In this document: positions 12,057 to 24,720 of the stretch, in pieces
Layout of the letters: the number at the start of each line of letters is the position of its first letter
How positions within the stretch are numbered: position 1 is the first letter of the stretch
Assembly: GCF_006345805.1 (NCBI RefSeq)
Contig: NC_043000.1
Span: 62,248,001-62,312,000 of the forward strand
Direction: 5' to 3'
DNA length: 64,000 nt
Source: Octopus sinensis
Taxonomy: Eukaryota
Notes under the pieces: generated by a model
The model's input: only the letters and a program-made list of their open reading frames with translations
Told to the model about the DNA's origin: nothing
Database searches by the model: none
Program-made: the position numbers and the translations under genes

Positions 12057-12194
12057 GACGGGCTTCTTTCAGTTTCAGAAGGCTTTGGTCGGCCCGAGGC
12101 TATAGTAGAAGACACTTGCCCAAGGTACCACGCAGTGGGACTGAACCCGGAACCATGTGGTTGGTAAGCAAGCTACTTACCACATAGCCACTCC
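11761..12194 (-). mobile_element. CORE-type tRNA-derived SINE, full length, inside (TA)n
   Basis: Sense: GGAGTGGCTATGTGGTAAGTAGC (A box), GGTTCAGTCCC (B box), CORE-like ACCTTGGGCAAGTGTCTT, internal TA/CA run, short tandem tail. Confidence 0.92.
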
Positions 12195-12198
12195 AGCG

Positions 12199-12239
<41 letters not shown>

Positions 12240-12241
<2 letters not shown>

Positions 12242-12410
12242 AGAATTCACGGAAAAAAAAAAACGAAGAGAGGTGGTGTAGAAAACAAACAGATGTATTA
12301 GTATAACGCTCAGGAATTGAAAACGTCTTTTACGTTTCGAGCCTACGCCCTTCCAGGGAAAGGAACACAGAAAGAAACAAGGAGAGAAAAAGTGTAGTGG
12401 CTACCGATCT

Positions 12411-12415
<5 letters not shown>
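12240..12415 (-). mobile_element. Penelope-like pLTR fragment (tentative)
   Basis: Contains degenerate hammerhead-like GGGC-GTAG-GCTC-GAAAC-GTA on the minus strand (12324-12363); flanked by (TA)n. Confidence 0.45.
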
Positions 12416-12452
<37 letters not shown>

Positions 12453-12671
12453 GTATATATATATGAATATATATATATATATATACATACATACATACAT
12501 ACATACATACATACATACATACATACATACATACATACATACATACATACATACATACATACATACGTACATACATACATACATATATGCGTGTGTATGT
12601 ATATTATCATTCCTTTATTACTATTCGATAGATCACACTAATATTTGAGCCATCGTTCTGAATATTCTTAT

Positions 12672-12938
12672 CTTATTGTTTTTTTTCTTTCTCACGCTAT
12701 TCTAAATCGCTTCGTAACGTACAAGGAGTTAATTTCATGAAGATATTCTGTTAAAGTTTATTAAGATGTAGCTCTTATGATGTGATTTTTGCCTTCAAAC
12801 ATTAAGTTGTGTAGGTTGAACTCTGTAAAACGCAAGAGAAATAAACATATCTATTTCTTGTAATACATACCAATATATACATCTAAAGTAGGGGTTCTCA
12901 ACTCTTTTCTATCTATGGACCTCTTTGATATACAATTT
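12672..12938 (-). repeat. Inverted duplicate of 11358-11725 (with one internal deletion)
   Basis: Reverse complement matches taaaattgtatatcaaagggga ... aatcacatcataagagctacatc ... gaatatcttcatgaaatta. Confidence 0.85.
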
Positions 12939-13140
12939 TATACATACATTCATACATACATACACATGCATATACATACATACATACATACATACATACA
13001 TACATACATACATACATACATACATACATACATACATACATGCATGCATGCATGCATGCATACATACATACATACATACATACATACATACATACATACA
13101 TACATGCATGTATACATACATACATACATACATACATACA

Positions 13141-13171
<31 letters not shown>

Positions 13172-13190
13172 GCACATACATACATGCACA
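12939..13190. repeat. (TACA)n microsatellite
   Basis: Direct reading. Confidence 0.97.
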
Positions 13191-13724
13191 CATATTCATG
13201 CAAATATATTTACTTTTACTTTCTCGCACAGACATACATGATTTGAATAATTAGTTGGATAACAGAATAAATCCAATTCACTAATATTAAAACCCATAAA
13301 TTCATACAAACAAGAAACTGTTAATAGTTTTCAAAATTTGACTAACATCGTAATTTTGCCTGCAAGGAGACAGAATACGGTCCGGTTGAGCTTGAGATCG
13401 TTTTAGATAGATCCACAGTTACAGTTTTGCTGAAACCCTATCGAGGAAAAAGTATGTCCAAGAATCAGATTCTCATGCATGTTTTCGGGAATAATACACA
13501 GTAGAATGTGTGCTCCTAGTGGAATGAATAAATAATCCAGTTTCGGTTTCCAAAATAGCTTATAATTTCATAGGCCACATGTGTCTTTTGGATAGAAATG
13601 TATACCACAGCTGCGTTTCTTCCGAAATTACTACAGCTGGAGTTCACACAGCTAATTGTATCGCTCTACTTACACAATACAAGTTGGCAATTAAATATTC
13701 ATGAGGTCGATAATTATTTTATCG

Positions 13725-14110
13725 TACCTTTTACTTGCTTCAGTCATTTTACTGCAGCCAAGTTGGGGCACCGCCTTGAAGTGTTTTATTCGAACAAATC
13801 GACCCCAGGATTTATTTTTTAAAACCCGGTATTTATTCAATTGGTCTCCTTTCCGGAACCGCTAACTTATGGTGACATAAACACACCAGCACCGGTTGCC
13901 AAGCAGTGGTGGAAGACAAACACAGAAACAAAGACACACACATAGATATACACGACGGGCTTCTTTCAGTTTCCGGTAACAAAATCCACCCACAAGGCTT
14001 TTATCGGCCTGAGACAATAGCAGAACTACTTGCCCAAGTTGTCACGCAGTGGGACTGAACCCGGAACCATGTGGTTGGGAATCAAGCTTCTTACCACACA
14101 GCTACACCTC
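13725..14110 (-). mobile_element. CORE-type SINE, near full length
   Basis: Colinear with 11761-12194. Confidence 0.9.
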
Positions 14111-14601
14111 CGACTAAAAACTGAAAAAAAAAATATAATAACGTATGTAAAACAAAGCGCATATCACTTTCTACCATTTGAAATCAATATAGGTGTCATC
14201 AATAACGGAGGTCATATCCAGACCTTTCAATATCACATGTAGAAGTACTCACAATCGAGTTGAATAAATAAATACACTTCTTTGATCCGGTATTCATTTC
14301 AATGTAGAAAGCAATACGCTATGACCCAAAAGCATATTTTAATCATATCGTAATTATATCTTAATTATATCTCTTCATAAATCTATGCTTGTAGCAGGTA
14401 ACTATTTTGCGTGTCATTAGACCCATTACCAGAAAAAAGAGTAAAGATATCGAATCAGCATTAGAGGTGTACTTTAAAAAAACATTTATTACTTCAGATG
14501 CAGTTAAATGTTAAGGTACTCTGAATATGTATAATGATTTGGAATATGAATTAGTATAGGCGAGAGAACGTTTGCTAGTAATACATTAAAGTGAACTTCA
14601 A

Positions 14602-14618
14602 ATCATCATCATCATCAA

Positions 14619-14669
<51 letters not shown>

Positions 14670-14717
14670 TATCATCATCATCAACATCATCATCATCAGC
14701 AGCAGCAGCAGCAGCAC

Positions 14718-14771
<54 letters not shown>

Positions 14772-14796
14772 GAGGAGGAGGAGGAGGAGGAGGAGG
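14602..14796. repeat. Compound trinucleotide array (ATC)n(AGC)n(AGT)n(AGG)n
   Basis: Direct reading. Confidence 0.97.
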
Positions 14797-17306
14797 TTGA
14801 TTTTCTTTGCTTCTTGTTCCGTCAGCCTGTTTGTTGTATACGACTAAAAATGTTCTTTTATGTGCAGTATTGTAATTTGTAAAACAAACTCGGGTACAAT
14901 TTATGTGTTGAACTTTAGATAATTCTTGCATACTTTTACTGTTCCGTTTACAGGTTGTATTTGAAGTGTGTGTTGGTTCATTTTCTTTGTTTGAATATCA
15001 CAGGGTTTTGAGATGATCACTCAGACATTTATTGACATTGCTAACTACAGGTATAAACGTGCATCCATTATATGGATAAAAAAATTGTTTTAAACTTTAC
15101 TAAATAGCCGTTGAACCTATATTAGGTTCATCCGTACTTTCGTCAGATCTTGCCTACCGTCCTGCTGACTTTCTAGCATCCTTTCTCACCAGGCTAGCTT
15201 GGTTGGGGTACCGGTTTAGTCTCCGACGATCCGACCATGCAATAGGTTGTTCTGAATTCCATGTTAACAGTAATACCCTGGAGAAACACTCATTAGTGAC
15301 TTGGCATACATACATGCATACATACATGCATACATACATGCATAATACATACATAGATACATACATACATACATACATACATACAGAAACATGCATGCAC
15401 GTGTGCATAAATAATTACATACACACATACACAAACATATATGCACGTGTGCATGCATGCATACATACATACATACATATATACATATATACATAATGTA
15501 TAATGTATAAATATATCATTTTATGTTTGTAAGTATGGATATATCAGCACACGCATGTAATGTATGTGAATGCGAGTATCGTGTATATGAATCTCTAGTT
15601 TGCATGCATATGCAAACTTCTATGCATCCACGCATCTATGCATCTATGTATGTATATATGTATGTAGTGTATGTATTTATGCATGCATGTCCGAGTTTAG
15701 TTGTTTCTTCGAACACACGCACACACACTTACACATGTGCATTCTTTTGAATATAACTACGGAGAAAGAGTATTCAGAACACTATATAGAGCGATAAATG
15801 AGAAAGAAAGAAAGAAAGAAAGAAGTGAAAAATCTGAGAGAAACAAAGAGTGATAGGATGTAAGCGAGATGGTAGGTGTGGCAGAGGTGGTTTATTTAAT
15901 TCATCTGCTTCATCGATTTAGTAATGTAAACATGCACCAGTCTATTACCATATTGATCTATCAATACCATCATATTGAATGAAAGATCCAGCTTTAAAAT
16001 TCCTTCGCTAACAGCTTGAAATAAATGATTATTAGCGTCATTTTATTGGTCACAGAAGGCTCATAAGGCGGACAATTCCAAAAAGCATTACCTCTAATTG
16101 GAAACAAAACACCTTTGATATTTATCATTGTAAAATACAAATCTTCCAAATCACTCAACATTTGAATCTCCGTGTTATGATATAGTGAATGATTTCTCTA
16201 TGACATGTTTATTATCGCTGTTGTTGATGCTGCTGCTGTTCGTGTGTCTGATGATATATTTGTTTACCTGTGAGTGTGTAAGAGTTAGTGTGAGTGTATG
16301 TATGAGTGCATGTATATATGTGTTTTTGTATGTGTATATCTGTGGGTCTTTATATACATATATGTGTGTGTCTGTGTGTATGTGCTTGCTTATGTATGCA
16401 TGTATGTATAATGTATGTAAGCGTTACAGTAAATATGAATGTAAATGATTCTATAATTGTGGTGCGTATATATACAAACATACATATGTGTGTGTGCATC
16501 TCTCTCTCTCCTCTCTCTCTCTCGATATATATATATATATATACATTATGTTATGTGCGCGTGTATTTGTGTCTGTGTTTGTAATTGTTTAAATGTTTAT
16601 GCAGATATTTATCATTACGTGTGACTATTTTAACTACTATGCATTTGTTTGTCACCATGTTTGCTATTAGGTATGTGCCTATATGCTTTTATACACTGTC
16701 CAGTGGAAGGTCAGACATTATTGAAATTTGATAATGAATCGTCAATGAACCTCACAACGCGAAGCGATTGTAAAAATTCAGACTTTCCAGTTTGCCGTAA
16801 ATGTCATAGCATCTCTCGAGGAACTCTTGTGAAAACTGACCCCTGTGTAGAACGTTGCACACAATTGACAATTTGTCGGCTAAAGAATACTTGTAGACTT
16901 GCAAATAAAGTCAGCAATCACTATAATTCATTGATTCCTTGTTACAATTCTAAAAGACCCATTGTACAGATATATTTCATAAATCTCTATATATGATATT
17001 TGCACCATACTTGCTTCATTTTGTGGATCGTATTATGGAGACAAAGTAAAATAAATTGTTCTACATTGACTGTATTTAGTTTTAAAGTATGAAACAGAAA
17101 TTATAGTTTCTTAACGTTTTCTTTGATTGATTGTTTTAAAAACAACGATATGTCCTCTTGGGTATTCTTTCTTATCATCTAAACATATTCCCTGCTAAAT
17201 ATTTCCCTTTTCGCTTATTGAAAAACTAAACTTGTTTTACTTAAAATCACACACATGCATATATGTACAAACTTATACACACCTATACATGCATGTTGTA
17301 TGCACG

Positions 17307-17338
<32 letters not shown>

Positions 17339-17348
17339 TGTATGTATG

Positions 17349-17431
<83 letters not shown>

Positions 17432-17802
17432 AGTTAAGAAATGGAGAAAATAAGATCCGGGCTACATATGTTTCATAGCGAGCGGATCCTTGGAACTGGT
17501 AAATATCCCAGCGAGGTGTATGCCGCAGGCTACTCTTCAGGCTAAGGTTATCTTGATTAAATGAAAGTTTACACTGTCGCAGGGAGTACATTTCATATTT
17601 ACTAAGGTTTACTTGAAGCTAACTTTCTTCCTACACCTCGCTCCTTGGATATTGTGTGTGTGTCAGTGTGTATGTATGTGCGTGTGTGTATGTGTGTGCA
17701 CGTGTATATATATATATGTGTGTGTGTTTGTGTGTGTATGCGTCTATGTGTGTGCGTGTCTATGTGCGTGTGTGTGTGCGTGTTTGTGTTTGTGTGTGTG
17801 CG

Positions 17803-18097
17803 TGTGGAGGAACTGGCCTAGTGGTTAGAGCAGCGGCTCATGGTCGAAAGATCGCGGGTTCGACTCTGAGACCGGGTGATGTGTGCGTCTATGAGCGAAA
17901 CACCTAAGCTCCACGCTGCTCCGGCAGAAGGTAATGGCGAACTTCTGCTGACTCTTTCGCCACAACATTCTCTCACTCTTTCCTCCTGGATCTTGCAGCT
18001 CACCTGCGACGGACCGGCGTCCCGTCCAGGAACTTATACGCCAAAGAAAGGGGTAAACCAGCCCTATGAGCCAGGCGTGGCCCGAGAAGGAACAAAC
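17803..18097 (+). mobile_element. tRNA-derived SINE with V/Meta-like central domain
   Basis: TGGCCTAGTGGTTAG (A box), GGGTTCGACTC (B box), CTGCGACGGACCGGCGTCCCGTCCAGG (V/Meta-type core). Confidence 0.8.
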
Positions 18098-19172
18098 ATA
18101 TATATATATGAGCACACACACTGTAAATTAGATTACGTATCTTCCAAACCTCGGTTTTGCTTAATCAGACTCTCGTTCTTCACATACGAAATATTCAAAC
18201 TGTATATGTGTATATGAGTGTATAAGTGTCTCTCTGTATGTGCATGTGAGTGCGTATCCAGAGTAGTCTTGATTTCTACTTCTTTCATTCTCTCTTTCAT
18301 CCACCACTTTCCTCCTTATTGCTACTTATATCTTTTATGTTTCCTATCATACTCAGCAATTTATGTCTAAAACTGAATTTATAATTCACCTGCTACAATC
18401 ATGTGTGTTACTTATGCCAAATTAGAGTGTGGTGTGAATACTTGTATAGTGTAATACAGAAAGGCCAGTGTGACATTTGCTCTGTGTCTGGAATGATTTT
18501 TAATGAACATAGTGCGTTTTATTAAGATTCCGTAGATTTCAGAGATGGTTTAATGTATAATTTGAAATATTTCATTATCTTGATATTTGCAATTATCATT
18601 TGTCAAGGCCATTTCGCTTTGCCTCTTATGTTCTCAGTTCAAATTCAGTAACCTTTGTCTTCCATTATTCCAAAATCAATGAAATATTTAGCACTCAAAG
18701 AACTGTGTCTGTTGTAATCGTTTAAATCCTTTAAAAGCAGTGTCAGCAGCATGAGTTTAGTCCAAACCATGAAACAGAAACCAGAAATTGAAAAAAAAGG
18801 TATTATGTTAGTATGGTGACGTCACAGAATTCATAGAAAGTTCGTAAATAATGAAGGTGATTCGGTTCCGAATCTTTGTTGTCAGAAATCCAGTTCACTC
18901 ACATAGGAGTTACCCTAAGTGAGGACATGAACGAAACAGCTTGATAATTTCTTTCATCGAAATGCAAAACCCATAACTATTATCAGTTATAGTCATGATA
19001 GAGTTAGTGGTAAGACCCTGGAGAACCTGAATTTATTATACTGTTTGGATTTCCATTGAAGCAAACTTCTCGTATTTTGTAATTTTGGAAAGTATAATCG
19101 TCGGAACTTCCTATTAGCGCTTCGTCTAAATCCCAACCTATACACACACATCTATCTCTCTCCCTCTCTCTC

Positions 19173-19203
<31 letters not shown>

Positions 19204-20254
19204 GAATATATATATATATATATATTATATATATACGTTTAGCGTAACTGATTGCGCTCGATCTCACTTGCGCTATGATATAACACAATGCTTGATGAAT
19301 ATGTAAGCAACAAATTATGATATTTAGATCTGCGACATTAATCTACATCAAAAATGTGGAATACCCAACTCTCGACTCGCTTCGACAGTTAACTTTAACA
19401 AACGACACAATATTTATCGCTTGTTACTCATTCCCAAGAACATCACTGCACTTTTTCGAAATTTGCATCGCAAATAAAAAGTAAAAATCTCAACGTAAGG
19501 ATGTCACACGAGCTGAATAAAAATACTAGAAGTGCTCCCGTTAGGAAGTCTATTCCTCACTTTTTTCGCAACAAGGTCATACCATTCCTTCTATTTGATA
19601 ATGAATAGCTTTCCATGCAACAGCTACGTGGAGCTAAAGCATTTAAACACCTTCCCAACTGTAAGCCGCATCAAAAGAAGGTTGTGGTCAATACCTGGTG
19701 ATCGGCAAGTGGAATTCTCCACAATTATTTCTTGAAACCAGTATAAATTACCATTGTAGAGAAATGTTTTCAGAAAGTCAATAGAATACATCAAGAACTA
19801 CAATATTATATCTTGCATTGGTTTATTGAAAATATTCAGTTCTTCATATCAACACTTGGCAATATGTCTCACAAATAATTCTGCAAAAATTGAACTATGT
19901 AGGCAACAAACTCTACCACCTGAACAAATTTTCCGAGTGACACTCATTATTTTCAAGCATCTCGATAATTTTTGTTGAAGAACAACCAAACAACCAAACA
20001 CCAGCTCAAATCTCTTTCAAAGAATTCATCGATTAACAGATTCCGTATTTCTATGCAACCAGAATACATCGATTCTTTTTTTCTGGTTGGCAAAATTGAA
20101 TGGTGTCTAGTGGTTAATAAAATTAGTAAAACTATTATAATCAGAGCTATATTACTTAAAGATTCAGAGTTGAAACTAAAATTATTAGCCTGATACGTAA
20201 TTCAATGAAAGTATGTTAGAGTTGCTCTTTATTTTGTTCTTAAAGGAGATGGTA

Positions 20255-20899
20255 TCTATATCTATAAAAGACAGGATGTGTGTGCGCGAGCATGTGTACG
20301 TGAATGCAATTTATGCACGTCCACAAATTAGCACGCATGTCGCTCCAATTTTAGAAGGACACTGGTCACAACTATCGCTGTGCTTTTGTCAACTTATTTT
20401 TCCCGGGGCACCCGCGGATAGCGGTAAAAATCGATTCCAATCATAACTTTTACCAATTTCCACATTGGTGAAATCCGTAAATTTGCCAACATGAGTTAAG
20501 TCCCCTGTCTAGCAATGGCAAAAAAGAAAAACAAAGGGTAAATTTTTAGATTAACACTCGCACGATTATCACTAAGAAAAAAAGAACTCGGATTTTTTTG
20601 CGTGGAATCAAATAACCTGACCTCCTAACATGCTGCAAATCTCTTATTTTCGTTCGGAAAAAAGGAGATGGGTGAGGCCCCTCCCATCATGTAATCATTG
20701 GGAATTTTTAGTCTTTAATGAATTCCTGTGACCTCCTAATATGCTACAAAATCCTTTTTTGGGGTCAGAAAAACGGAGTGGAGGTGAGGTGGAAGCCTCG
20801 GAAATTTTACCCATTCTCAACATTTTACAGAAATAAATTTTCCAGAGTGTGAATTACATTGTTCTTTATATATATATACACACACATACACACACATAT

Positions 20900-20946
<47 letters not shown>

Positions 20947-21680
20947 TATATATAGTAGATAATGTGACACACATATATATATATATATATATATGATAGC
21001 GTGCAAACCTTCGATACAACCTTCTCCAGTGCAGATCTCTGAGGCAACCTTCTCCAATGCATATCTTCGACACAGCTGTGACCGATAGTAACCCTAGGAG
21101 GGGTTAGGACTAGATCGGGATTAGTCGCGGCCTTCTAGAAGCTCCCAAGCCCCCTTTCGCTAGGTTAGCTTAGGCTTTGGTTAAGGCGTAGTTGTGATCC
21201 GAACATAACCTCTTCTGCCACAGAGGATCGGGTGCCCTTTTGGGCGTTCTATTTTCAATGAACTGATTCCTTACGGGGTTTTCCATTCAATAAGGATTAA
21301 AAATCGATAAAATGATTCCTTATAGGATTTCCCACTAAAATTGACTACACCCCATTTTCAACCATACCTTTTACCAATTTTGACGCATTTTGTTCAAACT
21401 TGATAACGGCGTTACTTAGGACTCATGGGATCTTTGAATGTTGTAAGTTCTCCAAACAAAAATAAAAAACAAATCGATGAGTGGAAAAATCGAAAAACCG
21501 GTTCTTTATGGGATTTCCCAATCAAATTGTCTGCAACTCATTTTTAGCCAAACGTTTACCAATTTCCACGGATTTCGCTCAAATTTCATGTCAATATTAC
21601 TTCCTTTGGTTTGAAGCAAAGCGCTTGATTAGATTGATAATCCTAACTTAATTCCGGGCAATGCCGGGCTATACTACTAG
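20255..21680 (+). mobile_element. Non-autonomous Helitron, both termini present
   Basis: 5' A|TCTATATCTATAAAAG at 20254/20255; 3' imperfect hairpin CCGGGCAATGCCGGG (21654-21668), then CTAG|T at 21680/21681; no TSD; internal subrepeats. Confidence 0.8.
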
Positions 21681-21904
21681 TGTAATGTATGCTGGACTTT
21701 AAAGGTGTTTGTCCTCTATGCGTTTTCGGAGTTCTGTCAGCGTTGGAAACATCGGCTCAGTAAAGAAGCTCCTTTTTTGAGAATCCTATTATTCAAAGGA
21801 CAGTTTGCAATATGTTTGCTTTTGCAAAGTCGTTGGGGGTTTTATTCTCCATCACTTATTGTTGTTGAAATTTTCTGACTTTATATTTGGGCAAATATAC
21901 CTGG

Positions 21905-21994
21905 CTTTCCAAATTTCTCATTAAACATATAGCATTAATGAATGGATTGAACATGGTTGTCTATCAAAATTAGACAGTGGCAGGCTAATTTGTA
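21905..21994 (-). pseudogene. Possible relic of a rhodopsin-family peptide GPCR TM7/helix 8
   Basis: With two frameshifts reads YKLACHCLILI / TTMFNPFINA / YMFNEKFGK, resembling CHxLAMSSTMYNPxIY...NExF. Confidence 0.3.
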
Positions 21995-22194
21995 GCTACT
22001 TTCATAGTTAGTACTGTATTAACCACAGCTTCTTCTAACAGCCAAGTTTTCCATATCCTGTAGGTGTTAGTTCCACATAACAATGTTTTTGCTTGAATTC
22101 GCAAATTTCGAACTATTATTATAATGGGTGGGTGTGACGTGTCAATGATAATGCTTTATTTTTCTCGGGTTATATATGCGTCATCTAATAGCAG

Positions 22195-22404
22195 TTTTAA
22201 ATTTTGGCACAAGGCCAGCAATTTCTGGGGAAGAGGAAGTCGATTATATCGATACCAGTGCTCAACTAGTACTTAGTTTATCAACCCCGAAAAGATGAGA
22301 GGCAAAGTCGACCTCAGAAGAATTTGAAGTCAGATCGTAAAGACGGACGAAATACCGCTAAGCATTTTGCCCGGCGTGCTAATGATTCCACCAGCTCACC
22401 ACCT
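22195..22404 (-). mobile_element. Deu/Nin-domain SINE with ~15-bp TSD
   Basis: Colinear with 10229-10461; ATGCGTCATCTAATA (22176-22190) vs ATGCGTCTTCTAATA (22406-22420). Confidence 0.88.
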
Positions 22405-22438
22405 AATGCGTCTTCTAATAATACTATTAATGTAAAAC

Positions 22439-22640
22439 CATCGAGCTGGTAGAATCGATAGCCTTGCAAAATGCTTAGTGGCATATCGTCCAGCTTTACT
22501 TTCTGAGTTCAAATTCCGCCGAGGTTGACTTTGCTTTCATCTTTTCAGGATCTATAAAATAAGTACCAGTTTAACACTGGGGTTGATATAATCAGCTAAC
22601 CCCTTCCCCGAAATTGCTAGCCTTGTCCCAAAATCTAAAA
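22439..22640 (+). mobile_element. Deu/Nin-domain SINE, head-to-head with the previous copy
   Basis: CGAGCTGGTAGAATCG ... GAGTTCAAATTCCGCCGAGG ... AAGTACCAG. Confidence 0.88.
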
Positions 22641-22908
22641 CCATTATTATTATTATTAATATGTATGATAACTAAAGGTGAGTGAAGCATTTGTTTGTGT
22701 GGCCGGGTATTGCATTCCGCTGTTTTAGGTTCATACTGATAACCAGGTTAATCATTTTAAAGGTTATTGTTAATAGTTACTTCAGATTCGGTGTATTTCT
22801 TAATGAATTTCTTTATTAATTTGTCCAACTCGCATCCTTTCTAGTTGTCCTGTTATGCACTATTCATAGTCCTGCGTTCTTAGTATATGAGACCACTGCG
22901 AAAAGTAG

Positions 22909-23203
<295 letters not shown>

Positions 23204-23862
23204 CCCATAAGGTACTGGTGAATCCAAGATACTTATCGTATCATACACTGAAAATGAAACCAAGATTCAAATCCTAGTAAAACACTTTCCCTTGTAATTA
23301 ATTTGTTTCAGATCACGAAATATGAACGAGGCATTTCTTTTTTATTTCACATATCTCACTTGATTTTCAGACTTATGATTTGCAGTCGTTACCATTGTCT
23401 TACTTATACTCATGAACATCATATGTAGACCTACGTTAATCAATATATTTTTTTTTCTTTCTTATCCTGTAAATTCAAATAATTCACTTCAGTATAATTT
23501 CGTATAATTACTTAATATCTGATAATGTATTTGCAGTATTACAGCACCTGATAGTCATTTATAAGTAGAGTTAGAATAATAAGTGCTATTTTGTAAATGA
23601 ACTGACAATGAAGACATTACCTCACCGTTCTAACTGTTAGAAACTGCAATGGAAACTTCCTCAATCAGCACCACAAAGGAATGTTATACTGGATAATAAC
23701 TGAGTGTTTGATAAAAGGCGAGATGATGTTGTCTGAATGTTGATTAATCAAGTATCTGCTCTACCAGGAGGGGTGGGGAATAAACAACAACGACCAACAA
23801 CAATTCTAACAACTATTTTCTAGCAGCTATTTAGTTAATTCTGATGTGGTAGATAAAACGTA

Positions 23863-23937
23863 TTATAACTCATTCAAGGGCTTGGTCATTCCTGGAATTA
23901 TAACTCTTAGGCAAGAGCTTGGTCATTCCTGGAATTA
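23863..23937. repeat. ~36-bp tandem duplication
   Basis: ttataactc...gcttggtcattcctggaa occurs twice. Confidence 0.85.
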
Positions 23938-24199
23938 ATACATCATATTGTGAAAAAGAAGAATGAATTTATTTGTATTTATTTATTACATACATGTGAG
24001 GTAAATATAATTAGTTGTTGAAATCAGATATATTCGACAATAGAAATCCCGTATCTTTAAAGGTTAAGAAACGTGTAAAAGCCATTGTTCTTTGCTTTTC
24101 TCAAAACGCTAGAAAAGTGAAGTAATTACACCGAAGATATCGAAAGAAGCTCTCGTCATCAAGAATACTATCGTACTCTTTACAGATCCCAAATAAATA

Positions 24200-24720
24200 T
24201 TGATTTCAAATTCTGGTTCAAGGCCAACAATTTCTAGGGAGGAGTAAATCAATTATATTGATCCCAGTGCTTAACTGGTACTTATTTTACCGACCCTAAA
24301 AGGATGAGAGGTAAAGTCCATCTCAGTGGAATTTGAACACAGAACGTAAAGGCAGACGAAATGCCGCTAAGAATTTTTCCCGGCATGCTAACGATTCTTC
24401 CAGCTTGCCCCCTGATGCGCCTTCTAATAATCCTTTCTACTACAGGCACAAGGTCTAGAATTTAGTGAGGAAGAATAAGTCGGTTACATCGACCCCAGTG
24501 CGTAACTAGTACATGCGCAAGATAAATTTTGGTACCAGGTCATCAAATTCACGGGAGTGTATAAGTCGATTAAATCGACCCCAGTTCTCAGTTGGTTCTC
24601 ATTTTATCGACCCCGAAAGGATGAAAACAAAGCCGGACTCGGGGGAGCTTGAACTTAGAACGTGAAGATGGATGAAATGCATTTCACCTGGTGTGCTAAT
24701 GAGTCTGCTAGCTTAATGCC
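24200..24720 (-). mobile_element. Three tandem Deu/Nin SINE copies or fragments (24200-24412, 24428-24510, 24520-24720)
   Basis: Repeated atcgaccccag and aggatga(g/a)a..aaag motifs in the same orientation. Confidence 0.82.

Noticed and set aside
15150-15300. Non-simple segment resembling a LINE 5' region
   Set aside because: Resemblance is from memory only; no motif or second copy in the window to support it.
19004-19140. Exon-like GWDLDEALIGSSDDYTFQNYKIREVCFNG after a (GA)/(TG) run
   Set aside because: No canonical donor and no recognised family.
19500-20110. Possible hAT-like transposase relic on the minus strand
   Set aside because: Only vague similarity (EELNIFNKPMQ); many stops, no catalytic motif or TIR.
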